64,000 nt of DNA from an uncultured Phycisphaerales bacterium (GCA_963758525.1 CAVWVQ010000002.1:352001-416000), one strand, 5' to 3'; shown: positions 32,199 through 43,438, counted from the first letter of the stretch. The notes: generated by a model not told the origin, from the sequence alone. Made by a program: numbers and translations.

Positions 32199-33239
32199 AT
32201 GACCAAGCTCCCAATCTTCCTCACGTGGGCCCGATACGCGTTGCTGGTTCTTGCGTCATCCTCCCTGGCGTCCGCTTCGGATCTCATCCCGGGCGGCGAT
32301 GCGCTGTCGCTTGCACCTACCGCGCCCACTGCCACTGTTGACGCGTGTCCGCGATACCTTGATGACCGCGGCTCCGCCTTGGATTCCTCTCCCTCGTCTC
32401 AACCTGCCGGTTTCCCGGCGCGCCAGGAGAACGCCGCGACGCATCCGGAGGAGAATTCCGCAAAGAACGGGGAGTTTCCCGCGATTGGCAGCACGTTCGG
32501 CCTCGAGGAGTTCGCCCATCATTTCGCGCCGTTTGAGCCGATGTACTTCGTCGGCGGATCCCAGGCCCCCAACGTGAAATTCCAGTTCAGCATTCGCTAC
32601 CGGCTCCTCAACCCAGACGGCCCGCTTGCGACGCAATATCCGCTGCTCAAGGGATTCAACTTCGCATACTCGCAGACGTCGCTCTGGGATTTCACGGATT
32701 CGAGCGATCCGTTCTTCTACGACAGCAGCTATCGGCCGGAGTTTTTCTACTATCTGGAAAACCTGCCCGGCGTGCGCTTGCCGCAAAGCTGGCAGGCGGG
32801 GTTGCTCGCGGGCATCGGACATGAATCCAACGGCCAGAAGGATCCGAACCATCGGTCCCGGAACATCATCTACCTGCGTCCGATTCTCACCCTCTCCGCT
32901 ACCCGGGGGGACCTGTTCCTGACAATCGCCCCCAAGGCGTACGTCTACATCGGCGGGCTGCCTCTCAACCCCGACATGCCAAAGTTCCGCGGCTACTGCG
33001 ACCTGCGCGTGGTCTTCGGCCAGCGCGACGGTCTGCAGCTTGCGACCATCGGCCGGCTCGGTTCCGATTTTGACAAGGGAAGCCTGCAGTTCGACCTGAC
33101 CTGCCCGCTGACAAAGCTCCTTGCCGGGAATCTCGATGTTGCCCTCGACGCCCAATATTTCATCGGCTACGGCGACACGCTTCTGACCTACAACCGCTAC
33201 AGCCAGATCTTCCGCATCGGCTTGGCGCTGGTGCGATGA
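32199..33239 (+). CDS. pldA: Outer-membrane phospholipase A1
   Basis: VKFQFS, FAYSQTSLW, SSYRPEFF, GHESNG catalytic motif, QYFIGYGDTLLTYN. Confidence 0.88.
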   Translation: MTKLPIFLTWARYALLVLASSSLASASDLIPGGDALSLAPTAPTATVDACPRYLDDRGSALDSSPSSQPAGFPARQENAATHPEENSAKNGEFPAIGSTFGLEEFAHHFAPFEPMYFVGGSQAPNVKFQFSIRYRLLNPDGPLATQYPLLKGFNFAYSQTSLWDFTDSSDPFFYDSSYRPEFFYYLENLPGVRLPQSWQAGLLAGIGHESNGQKDPNHRSRNIIYLRPILTLSATRGDLFLTIAPKAYVYIGGLPLNPDMPKFRGYCDLRVVFGQRDGLQLATIGRLGSDFDKGSLQFDLTCPLTKLLAGNLDVALDAQYFIGYGDTLLTYNRYSQIFRIGLALVR

Positions 33240-33369
33240 CACATTGTCTCCCATCTCGTTCACACGGGCAGGATGTTCGTGCCACGGGGAAAGCCTGATA
33301 CGGCCGCATTGCAGCGCAACGACCCTCGCTGCATAATTCCCGCGCAGAACTTTTTTTGCGGAGGCTTTT

Positions 33370-34296
33370 GTGATGATCAGGACCCGATTTTTTGGCGTGC
33401 TTGCGTTGGGAAGTTCGATGGCATTGGCCGGCGTTGCTCGCGCGGCTTCGGTGCCGGTCGAGGTGGATCTGACGGCGGTGCGAGCGATCCAGCTCGCCTC
33501 GCTCGACTCGAAGACCGACGATCAGGTCTATCTTCTCGTCAGCGGAATCGCCGCAGGCAAGGAGGTGCAGGATCGCATCCCCAAGGACAAGACGCTGACG
33601 TCGGCTCCGAAGAAACCCGCCGTGACGGATAAGTCGCCGGCGGTGATCTGGAAAGGCGATCTCGACGACGGCCAGTTTGCGATGCTCACGGTCACGCTCA
33701 TGCAGGGAGATGGGACCGATCAGGCCAGGATCAAGGACTTCCTCGACAAGCTGACAGCGGCCGACCAGAAGACACCCGAGTGGTCCAAGCCGACGCTGAC
33801 GGCTGACGACGTGGCGAAGTTCGCGACCGGCCTGCTGAAAAACCAGCAGCCGCTGATCGTCAAGATCAAGGATATTTTCTCGCGCGAAGCCAAGACCGAT
33901 CATTACGGCGGGCAGTTCAATCTTCTCGTCTGGAACAACGCCGGCAAAATCGTCAAACGCCTCGATCCGATCGGCCTGACGTTTGGCGAGCATAATGGCA
34001 CCGACCTGAAGGTTTACTCCAAGCTGAAGGCCACCCGCGTCAACGTCCTCATTCAGGAGGACAGCGGCGAGTGGACTCAGCAGCAGCTCTTGCCATTGGA
34101 TGACAATGAGACCGCGGTGCGCGTGAAGATGCTGGAGACCGAGCCGCAGCCGACGGACAAGACCACGAAGCACGTGACCGATTATCTCACCGAGATCGAA
34201 GTCAAAGACGGCAGCGGCAAGCCGATGCACTGGACGCTGGAAGGGGAGAACACAGGGTACGACGTGGTGCATACGTATTATGATTTCGCGGATTGA
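33370..34296 (+). CDS. Secreted hypothetical protein
   Basis: Signal peptide, codon usage typical of the window, no recognised domain. Confidence 0.75.
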   Translation: MMIRTRFFGVLALGSSMALAGVARAASVPVEVDLTAVRAIQLASLDSKTDDQVYLLVSGIAAGKEVQDRIPKDKTLTSAPKKPAVTDKSPAVIWKGDLDDGQFAMLTVTLMQGDGTDQARIKDFLDKLTAADQKTPEWSKPTLTADDVAKFATGLLKNQQPLIVKIKDIFSREAKTDHYGGQFNLLVWNNAGKIVKRLDPIGLTFGEHNGTDLKVYSKLKATRVNVLIQEDSGEWTQQQLLPLDDNETAVRVKMLETEPQPTDKTTKHVTDYLTEIEVKDGSGKPMHWTLEGENTGYDVVHTYYDFAD

Positions 34297-34546
34297 GCGA
34301 CTCCATAGTCTATACCGTGAATGGGCCGCTGATGCCGAGCAAGTGCTGGTACGTATTCGTGGACTTATTTCGGAAGGGTCGCAGGTGAGAGATGCTGCCG
34401 CTTTGGAGGACGCCTACGCTTCAACCCTCTCACGCTTGAAGTTGACGCCAGAGAAGACCGCTCGGGGATTGGAGCAGGCCCGCCGCGGGGAGTTTACGCC
34501 TGCCGAGGATCTCCGAAATGAGCTACGCAACCGGATTCGCTCCTGA
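34280..34546 (+). pseudogene. Possible antitoxin remnant
   Basis: C-terminus RGLEQARRGEFTPAEDLRNELR resembles type II antitoxin tails; atypical codon usage; start uncertain. Confidence 0.35.
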
Positions 34547-34567
34547 TCGGGAAGAGACCACGCGTGA

Positions 34568-36118
<1,551 letters not shown>

Positions 36119-36138
36119 GACAGGTCCTCGTACGTTTT

Positions 36139-36215
36139 AGGGTTCAGGGTGTCAGGGTTCAGGGTTCAGCGAATGCGAATGCTGGCTGAATCTTGAATCC
36201 TGATACCCTGAGCCC
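36139..36215. repeat. Inverted heptamer arrays (GGGTTCA)n / (TGAATCC-like)n in the leuA 5' region
   Basis: AGGGTTCAGGGTGTCAGGGTTCAGGGTTCAGC faces GCTGAATCTTGAATCCTGATACCCTGAGCCCT. Confidence 0.75.
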
Positions 36216-36234
36216 TACATGCAATTCATTCAAC

Positions 36235-36263
36235 AAAAAACCCTGCGATCTTGATCGCAGGGT
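36235..36263 (-). terminator. Intrinsic terminator (attenuator) upstream of leuA
   Basis: Minus strand ACCCTGCGATC-AA-GATCGCAGGGT followed by TTTTT. Confidence 0.85.
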
Positions 36264-36294
36264 CGCCGGAAATCTCAACTGAATTCGGTGTACC

Positions 36295-36372
36295 CTACGA
36301 AGTTCTGCGCGGCAGCAGCCGCCCGCCAAGAGCGAGTGGAAGTCGGGCCGAAAGCAGAATCGTCGGGCACAT
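36295..36372 (-). promoter_or_regulatory. Leu-rich leader peptide (leuL-like)
   Basis: ATG...TAG encoding MCPTILLSARLPLALGGRLLPRRTS (7 Leu in 25 aa), 31 nt before the terminator. Confidence 0.75.
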
Positions 36373-36532
36373 TGTCAATTGAGTAAATCGACTTGGAGCG
36401 GAAAAGTCAAGAGGAGCGCGAGATCATAAAAAACCACGGAAGAATCCGACGGCCCAGGCGAACAATCGTTTCAGGTGCTGTTCCTCGTACTGGACGCCGT
36501 CGCGTGCATCGACGGCCTTCGGGAGACAAAAG

Positions 36533-38587
36533 ATGTTTGGACGTCGTCGAAAGCAAAAAGCCATCGGGCAGGCCGGGTCGCTGCCGCTGATGGAGGCTCT
36601 GGAATCGCGGCAGTTTTTCTCTGCCAGCACCCCTTCGTTGCATGACAACCTGGAGATCCTCAAGGCGGATTCGTCGTCCGCAAGCATCGCCGGGTACACC
36701 CCCGCCGAGATCAAAAAAGCGTACGGCATCGATCAAATCAGCTTCAGCAACGGGACGGTCGCCGGCGATGGCTCGGGGCAGACGATCGCGATCGTGGATG
36801 CATTCAACGACCCGACCATCAGAAATGATCTTGGTGTGTTCGACACCGAGTTCGGTTTGGCCGCGGCCAACTTAAAAGTGGAGAACCAGAGCGGCGGATC
36901 GAGCCTGCCGAGCACGGATACGGGTTGGGCGGGCGAAATTTCCCTCGACGTGGAGTGGGCTCATGCGATCGCGCCAGCGGCCAACATCCTTCTGGTGGAA
37001 GCAAACTCATCGAGCCTGGCCGACCTTCTCAAGGCCGTGGATACCGCGCGCGAATCGGCCGGTGTGTCCGCGGTAACCATGAGCTGGGGCGGCAGCGAAT
37101 TTTTCAGCTACAACGCCAGTGAATCGTCAGACGAATTGGCCGACGACTTCCATTTCACCACTCCCAGCGGACACCAGGGCATTACGTTCGTCGCGTCGGC
37201 CGGCGACAGCGGGAGTTTTGACGGCGTTCAATGGCCGGCGGCGTCGCCAAATGTCGTTTCGGTGGGCGGCACCTCGCTCTACACTTCGGATTCCTCCGGC
37301 ACCTACAGTTCCGAGTCGTCCTGGGCCGGAACCAGCGGCGGATTCAGCCTGTATGAGACTGAGCCGTCCTATCAGACTTCAGCCAACGCTTCGGGCGCGC
37401 GTTCAGTTCCCGATGTTTCCTATGATGGTGATCCCAACACCGGGTTTGCGGTGTATGACTCCACGGCAGAAACCAGCGACGGGACGACCTACGTCGGCTG
37501 GCAGGAAGTGGGCGGCACCAGCGCGGGCGCGCCGCAGTGGGCGGCGATCATTGCGATCGCAAACCAGGGCCGGGCGATCGCCGGCAAGAGCTCGCTCGAC
37601 GGAGTCTCGCAGACACTTCCGATTCTTTACAGCCTCTACACGGCTTCCACCTATGACACCGATTTTAATGATGTGGTGGACAGCGCGCGCGGCGGCTTCC
37701 ATTTCCCCTGGGGTGGCTTTGGGAATAACGGCCAGGCGACTGCCGGGTATGACACTTCAACGGGACTTGGAACACCCAAGGCCGCTGCCGTCGTTGACGC
37801 GCTAGTCGGCAGCACTTCCAGCAGCACCACTACAACGACAACGACAACGACGACCACGCTCGCGGCATCCCCCATCGACGCAACAGTGATCTCGGCGCCA
37901 ACCGGCAGCGTGATCGGCTCGCAAAACGGCAGCGTCACGCTCCGCCTGACCAACGATGGGAGCGGCCGCTACATCGGACCGATTTCCGTTTCGCTCTACG
38001 CGACAACCACCGGAACGATCGCCTCGTCAGACTCGCCGTTTGCGACGATCTCGATTGCCGGCGTCAATATCGCCGAGGGGGCGTCCAAAACAGTTGTGGT
38101 GCACTTTAAATATCCATCCGATCTCGCCAGCGGCTCGTACATTCTGGTTGCATCGGTCGCCGCCACCGCGACAGACACAAATCCCTCGCAGACGGCCGCG
38201 CCCGCGGCGCTGACGATCGACACGCCAACGGTCGATCTTTCCACGGCCTTCGATCGCACCGCCTCGGTGCTCGCCAGGCGCGGGCGAAAGGGAACGATTG
38301 CGGTGAAGATCACCAACAAGGGCAATGTCACTGCCTCCGGCCAGCTCACGTTGAACCTCTATGCCTCGACAGATCAGACGCTGGACGACGCGGATCTGCT
38401 GCTGGCGACGCTGCTGAAAACGATCAAGCTCGCCGCCGGCGCTTCGATCACGCTGCACATTCGCTTCCCGTTCCCCGCGGCGCTCACCGGAGGCAGCTAC
38501 GATCTGATCGCCTCCGCCAACTCGACGGCTCAACCCGCCGACACCGATACGCAGGATAAGACGGCGGTCATTGCGACGCGGGCTTAG
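36533..38587 (+). CDS. S53 (sedolisin/kumamolisin-like) peptidase with LE(S)RxxxS motif and C-terminal Ig/CARDB-like domains
   Basis: EALESRQFFS; GEISLDVEW (Glu/Asp), ASAGDSG, RSVPDVS, GGTSAGAP (Ser), GYDTSTGLGTP; poly-Thr linker. Confidence 0.88.
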   Translation: MFGRRRKQKAIGQAGSLPLMEALESRQFFSASTPSLHDNLEILKADSSSASIAGYTPAEIKKAYGIDQISFSNGTVAGDGSGQTIAIVDAFNDPTIRNDLGVFDTEFGLAAANLKVENQSGGSSLPSTDTGWAGEISLDVEWAHAIAPAANILLVEANSSSLADLLKAVDTARESAGVSAVTMSWGGSEFFSYNASESSDELADDFHFTTPSGHQGITFVASAGDSGSFDGVQWPAASPNVVSVGGTSLYTSDSSGTYSSESSWAGTSGGFSLYETEPSYQTSANASGARSVPDVSYDGDPNTGFAVYDSTAETSDGTTYVGWQEVGGTSAGAPQWAAIIAIANQGRAIAGKSSLDGVSQTLPILYSLYTASTYDTDFNDVVDSARGGFHFPWGGFGNNGQATAGYDTSTGLGTPKAAAVVDALVGSTSSSTTTTTTTTTTTLAASPIDATVISAPTGSVIGSQNGSVTLRLTNDGSGRYIGPISVSLYATTTGTIASSDSPFATISIAGVNIAEGASKTVVVHFKYPSDLASGSYILVASVAATATDTNPSQTAAPAALTIDTPTVDLSTAFDRTASVLARRGRKGTIAVKITNKGNVTASGQLTLNLYASTDQTLDDADLLLATLLKTIKLAAGASITLHIRFPFPAALTGGSYDLIASANSTAQPADTDTQDKTAVIATRA

Positions 38588-38708
38588 CTTGGAGGTGAGC
38601 GCTTTCGTTAGTTGCGATTGAATGGTCGCGCTCCGCGAAGGGGCAAGCCACGGCGGCGACGTTCGGCGAGATTGGCGCTACTCGTCTTCGGCGCCGACGC
38701 AGATCACA

Positions 38709-38750
38709 ATTTGAGATCTGGGAAGATTTGAGATTTGAGATCTCAGATCT
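38709..38750. repeat. Short heptamer array (ATTTGAG-like)
   Basis: ATTTGAGATCTGGGAAGATTTGAGATTTGAGATCTCAGATCT. Confidence 0.55.
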
Positions 38751-38813
38751 TTGCAATTCATTATTTTCTTTGAACGTTTCGCCCCCCTTCTCCGCTTCAT
38801 GGTGAGGACGACC

Positions 38814-39266
38814 ATGCAAGACAGCGGAATTCCATCTGATGCCGAAGTTGAATTGCCGGCGGAACTGCGCCGGGCGATCGCCGATTTGGACGCGACGCCG
38901 GTCGCGGTTCCGGCGCATCTGGATCGGATGATTCTGTCTGCGGCGCGCGTTCGGCTGGCTCGCAGGAAGCGGGCGGGTCACGTCTTGCGATGGGGATTCG
39001 CGGCGGCGGCCGCCATGGCATTGGTGGTCGTGGGGCGATTCGTTCTGATGGAGAAAGCCGGAACGGCCCAGGTGGCCGTGCTCGGCGACGCCAATGCCGA
39101 CGGGCGCGTGGATATTCTCGACGCGTTCGTGGTTGCCCGTGCAATTGAACATCAAGAGAAACTTCCGCCCGCATGGGACGTCAATGGGGATGGCGTGGTC
39201 GATCAGAAGGACGTCGATCTGATTGCGCAGATGGCGGTGAATGTCAGCAAAGGATCCGCGCGATGA
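38814..39266 (+). CDS. Anti-sigma-like single-pass membrane protein with C-terminal dockerin domain
   Basis: GAGGA RBS; VPAHLDRMILSAAR, basic RRKR, TM WGFAAAAAMALVVV; GDANADGRVDILD...DVNGDGVVDQKD. Confidence 0.75.
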   Translation: MQDSGIPSDAEVELPAELRRAIADLDATPVAVPAHLDRMILSAARVRLARRKRAGHVLRWGFAAAAAMALVVVGRFVLMEKAGTAQVAVLGDANADGRVDILDAFVVARAIEHQEKLPPAWDVNGDGVVDQKDVDLIAQMAVNVSKGSAR

Positions 39267-39769
39267 AGCTGCCGCGATTGACAATTCTTGGGAGTACCAG
39301 GGGAGGGGAAAAGAGCTTTCCGGAGTGGCGGCCGGTCATGCTTTTCTGCGCGATGTTGGTGACGTGCGTGGTCTCAGCGGGGCCGGATCTTCCTGCGATG
39401 CACGCGGCTCCGCGCTTTGAAGCCGTAGGCATTTACGTCGATCCGCATGGCAAGCCGCTGGCGGCCTATCAATTCGAGCTCGTGACCGAGCAAGGCAACG
39501 CGACCCTGGTGGGAATTCAAGGGGGAGACGATCCGGCCTACGCCGACCCGCCCTACTACGACACCCGCGCGCTGCTCGCCGATCGCATCATCGTGGGCGC
39601 CTTCAACACCGGCACTGCTTTGCCGGCTAAGAAGACGCGGGTTGCGACGTTGATGATTCGGGCGACCGGTGAAATCGAGCCGAAATATAACGTCCGTCTG
39701 CAGGTTGCCGCATCGAGCGACGCCAAACCGATTGCCGCGGATATCTCGATCGAAGGAGTCAATCCATGA
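39263..39769 (+). CDS. Exported beta-rich protein, cohesin-like pattern
   Basis: ATGA overlaps at both ends; IYVD...LAAYQFEL...LVGIQGG...IIVGAF...VATLMIRA...LQVAASSDAKPI. Confidence 0.55.
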   Translation: MKLPRLTILGSTRGGEKSFPEWRPVMLFCAMLVTCVVSAGPDLPAMHAAPRFEAVGIYVDPHGKPLAAYQFELVTEQGNATLVGIQGGDDPAYADPPYYDTRALLADRIIVGAFNTGTALPAKKTRVATLMIRATGEIEPKYNVRLQVAASSDAKPIAADISIEGVNP

Positions 39770-42303
39770 AAGCCAGGAAAAGTCTCATCGCGTCTGTTCT
39801 GTGCGCCGTCGTGTTGGCGCTGATACCGCGCCTCATGATCGGCTGCGCCCAGAGCCAGGAGAAATACAATGCCGTGCATTTGGATGGGCAGAGCGAACCT
39901 CACGCGTATATGCAGGCACCGATCCGCTACGAAGCGAGTCCCGGTGTAACCCAGAATGAAGGGCTTTCCGGTCCTACGACATCACCCTCGACGGAACTGT
40001 GGATCATCGAACGCAAGCCGCCAACCGGCCCGGCGTTATCCAGTGCCGCGGCCGCACCTAACGTGGGCGACCCGTCTCGGCAGGATAACGCTGATCGAGT
40101 TGGGTTTGGAACTGGGGCGGGTAGTGGACAGTCTCCGAAAGCGAGGCCCGCAGATTCACCGTCTCCTCTCTATGGCTTTAAGCAGAGTTCAACTGAAGAA
40201 AAGCGGCAGGAACTGGAGCAGTCCGCTAAAGCCTTCAATTCGGAAATTGGTCACCGAGGGGTCGGAAGCAGCTATACCGGCAAACCTGTGACGAACGTCC
40301 CAGGCAGCATCGGTCGCCGAACGCCGCAGCCGACGTCCGGGCATGCGCAAGCCGCTGCGCCAAACGACGGCAGCGAACTGCAACTTGGTGGGGAGACAGT
40401 TCACCCGGACGATGACCAAATCATTCAGCATCCCGGCTGCGGCGAGTTGATCGTCCAGGATCACAACGGCCAGAAGAACGTCCCGGTGCCGCTCGATCAC
40501 ACCGACGTTTCCGCGCAGATCCAGGGATACATCGCCAGCGTTCATGTCTCGCAGCGGTATCGCAATCCGTTTAACGAGAAGATCGAGGCGGTCTACGTTT
40601 TCCCGCTGCCGCAGGACGCGGCGGTCAACGAATTCGTCATGACCATCGGCGAGCGCCACATCCGCGGCATCATCCGCGAGCGGGCCGAGGCGGAGCGCAT
40701 CTATCACGAGGCGCGAGCCCAGGGATACGTCGCGTCGCTCCTCACGCAGGAACGGCCCAACATTTTTACGCAGTCAGTGGCCAACATCGAGCCGAATAAG
40801 CAGATCGACATCAACATCACCTATTTCAACACGATGAACTACGCCGACGGGTGGTATGAATTCGTCTTCCCGATGGTCGTCGGCCCGCGCTTCAATCCGC
40901 CTGGCTCGACCGACGGCGTCGGCGCGGTTGCGCGCGGCCGGCATGGAACTTCCGGACAAGCAACGGAGCTGCAATATCTCCGGCCCGACGAGCGCAGCGG
41001 GCATGACATCGCGCTCTCGGTCGATCTCAACGCGGGCGTGCCGATCGAGCAGCTCGACAGCCGCAATCACAAAATCAACGTGAAACAGGAGTCGCCGAAC
41101 CATGCGATTGTTTCGCTCGACCCGGCGGACAGCATTCCCAACAAGGATTTCGTCCTGCGATACAAAGTGGCCGGCAGCAGGATGAAGTCGGGGATGTTCG
41201 TGCAGCGCGACGACCATGGCGGATATTTCACGCTGATGCTTTTCCCGCCCGCGACGCTCACCGAACTGCCACGCCAGCCGATGGAGATGGTCTTCACCAT
41301 CGACGTTTCCGGCTCTCAAAGCGGTGCGCCGCTGGCACAGGAAAAGGCGGCAACCCGCTATTGTCTCAAGCACATGGATGCGGGCGACACTTTTCAGATC
41401 GTCCGCTTTGGGAACACCGCCAGGAGACTCTTCGCCGCTCCGATGCCCGCCAATGAGACGAACGTGCAGGAGGCGTTGTCGTACGTTGAAGGTCTCGACG
41501 CCAATGAAGGCACCATGCTCGTCGAAGGCGTGCATGCCTCGCTTCTGTTCCCCCACGATGAAAGCCGGCTCCGCTTCGTCGCGTTCATGACCGACGGATT
41601 TATCGGAAATGAAGGTGAAGCCCTCCGCGAGATTCACAACTGCCTTGGACCGGCCCGCATCTTCAGCTTCGGCGTCGGCTCATCGACCAATCGGTATCTG
41701 CTGGATCACATGGCCAAGATGGGCAACGGCGCCGCCGCGTATCTCGGTTTAAATGACGACGCAAAACAGGTGATGGGAGACTACTTCGAGCGTATCAGCC
41801 ATCCCGCGCTGACGGATATCAGCGTCGACTTTGGCTCGATGAACGCCAGTGAAGTGTTCCCCGAGCGGATCGGCGATCTGTTCGTCGGCCGGCCCGTCGT
41901 CATCAGCGGGCGCTTCAACGGCGACGTGCCAAAGCAGGTGATCGTTCACGGCAAAGCCGGGGGACGAACGCTCGAATGCGTGGTCCCCATCAGCGCCGAA
42001 AACGTCGAGAGCGGCCCATCGCACGCGCTGGCAGCGGTCTGGGCACGCGCGAAGCTGAGCGACCTTGGCGACCGCGCGGTTTGGGACGCAGATGCAACAG
42101 AACAGCTCCCCTCCCAGATGAAGCAGACCGCGCTCGAATATGGCCTGGTTTGTGACTATACCGCGTTTGTTGCCGTCGATTCGTTGACAAAGACCAGCGG
42201 AGATCACGGCACGACCGTAGCCGTCCCTGTGCCGGTGCCCGAAGGCGTTCGCTACGAAACCACCGTGCAGGACGGCGCCGTCGGCGGGCCGCAGGACAGA
42301 TAA
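39766..42303 (+). CDS. VIT + vWA domain lipoprotein
   Basis: Signal ending MIGC; VIT (QRYRNPFNEKIEAVYVFPLP, IFTQSVANIEP); MIDAS DVSGS...GT...MTDG; IFSFGVG. Confidence 0.9.
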   Translation: MKARKSLIASVLCAVVLALIPRLMIGCAQSQEKYNAVHLDGQSEPHAYMQAPIRYEASPGVTQNEGLSGPTTSPSTELWIIERKPPTGPALSSAAAAPNVGDPSRQDNADRVGFGTGAGSGQSPKARPADSPSPLYGFKQSSTEEKRQELEQSAKAFNSEIGHRGVGSSYTGKPVTNVPGSIGRRTPQPTSGHAQAAAPNDGSELQLGGETVHPDDDQIIQHPGCGELIVQDHNGQKNVPVPLDHTDVSAQIQGYIASVHVSQRYRNPFNEKIEAVYVFPLPQDAAVNEFVMTIGERHIRGIIRERAEAERIYHEARAQGYVASLLTQERPNIFTQSVANIEPNKQIDINITYFNTMNYADGWYEFVFPMVVGPRFNPPGSTDGVGAVARGRHGTSGQATELQYLRPDERSGHDIALSVDLNAGVPIEQLDSRNHKINVKQESPNHAIVSLDPADSIPNKDFVLRYKVAGSRMKSGMFVQRDDHGGYFTLMLFPPATLTELPRQPMEMVFTIDVSGSQSGAPLAQEKAATRYCLKHMDAGDTFQIVRFGNTARRLFAAPMPANETNVQEALSYVEGLDANEGTMLVEGVHASLLFPHDESRLRFVAFMTDGFIGNEGEALREIHNCLGPARIFSFGVGSSTNRYLLDHMAKMGNGAAAYLGLNDDAKQVMGDYFERISHPALTDISVDFGSMNASEVFPERIGDLFVGRPVVISGRFNGDVPKQVIVHGKAGGRTLECVVPISAENVESGPSHALAAVWARAKLSDLGDRAVWDADATEQLPSQMKQTALEYGLVCDYTAFVAVDSLTKTSGDHGTTVAVPVPVPEGVRYETTVQDGAVGGPQDR

Positions 42304-42429
42304 TCGCATCCGTAACGCGGTGTCTGCGTCGTCCGAGCGATGCAGAAGCCAGGTGCGGAGAGAGATGCCCCCGCGCATTGACGCGCGCCGACGGTGACGA
42401 CGCGGCCCGTCGACCCTATCATTTGATCG

Positions 42430-43365
42430 ATGAAGCGATCTCGACTGGTGTCCTCGATTTATGCTTTGCTTTGTTTTCCGTTCGCAGCCACCGTGCTGGG
42501 CGATGTCCCTTCGACGCAGCCCGCCAGAGACCCACAGTGGAAGCTCACCTGGTCAGATGAGTTCGACGGGGCGACTATCGATCGCGCCAAATGGGGCTTT
42601 GACATGGGAAACGCACTGGTCACCGGCGATAAAGGGACGAAAGTGCCGGGCTGGGGCAATAATGAATTGGAAGACTACACCGATTCTCCACGCAACGTCT
42701 TCGTGAAAGATGGGATGCTTCATATCCGTGCCCTGAGGGAGACCGGAAAGACCATTTCCTTCTCTTCGGCCCGGATCACCACGAAGGGCCGCTTCAAGCA
42801 GGCCTTCGGCCGATTTGAATTTCGCGCCCGTCTGCCGGTGGGAAAAGGCCTCTGGCCGGCGCTGTGGCTCATGCCCGCCGACAATGCGTATGGGTCGTGG
42901 GCTGCGTCGGGCGAAATCGATGTGATGGAGAACCGCGGCCAGCACCCGACCACCATCTTTGGCACCATCCACTTCGGCTCCCGCTGGCCGAGCAACATTT
43001 TTCTCTCCACCAAATACACCTTCCCCGTCGGCCAGAGCATCGCCGATTTTCACCTCTACAGTGTCGAATGGAGTCCGACGGAGATTCGCTGGTTTGTCGA
43101 CGATCACCTTTACGCCAGGCAGACACACTGGTGGAGTTGCAGCAAGATTGACGCGCTCAACCGCGGGCTCGCCCCAAAAGGGAGCAAGGATTTGCACCCC
43201 TTCCCCGCCCCGTTCGATCAGCCGTTCTATCTCCTGATGAATCTGGCCGTCGGAGGCCGTTTCGTCGGCGCCCCGGACCAGACGACGCAATTCCCCGCTG
43301 AGATGCTGGTGGATTACGTGCGCGTGTATCAGCGCTTCGATGCGCCATCCGCCGGGAAATCGTAA
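42430..43365 (+). CDS. Glycoside hydrolase family 16 (laminarinase-like)
   Basis: WSDEFDG, GWGNNELE, GLWPALW, GEIDVME catalytic motif, PFDQPFYLLMNLAVGG, MLVDYVRVY. Confidence 0.93.
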   Translation: MKRSRLVSSIYALLCFPFAATVLGDVPSTQPARDPQWKLTWSDEFDGATIDRAKWGFDMGNALVTGDKGTKVPGWGNNELEDYTDSPRNVFVKDGMLHIRALRETGKTISFSSARITTKGRFKQAFGRFEFRARLPVGKGLWPALWLMPADNAYGSWAASGEIDVMENRGQHPTTIFGTIHFGSRWPSNIFLSTKYTFPVGQSIADFHLYSVEWSPTEIRWFVDDHLYARQTHWWSCSKIDALNRGLAPKGSKDLHPFPAPFDQPFYLLMNLAVGGRFVGAPDQTTQFPAEMLVDYVRVYQRFDAPSAGKS

Positions 43366-43392
43366 GCCACGCCGATCGCTCCTGGGCGCAAA

Positions 43393-43426
43393 CGCGGAGA
43401 CGCAGCAATTCGGCTGCGTCTCCGCG
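43393..43426. terminator. Perfect 14-bp stem hairpin between convergent genes
   Basis: CGCGGAGACGCAGC-AATTCG-GCTGCGTCTCCGCG; no long U tract, so it may instead be a REP-like element. Confidence 0.55.
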
Positions 43427-43438
43427 CGGCTTCCGCGC

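Noticed and set aside
37812..37858. Thr/Ser codon run as a DNA microsatellite
   Set aside because: Mixed synonymous codons indicate an ordinary protein linker.
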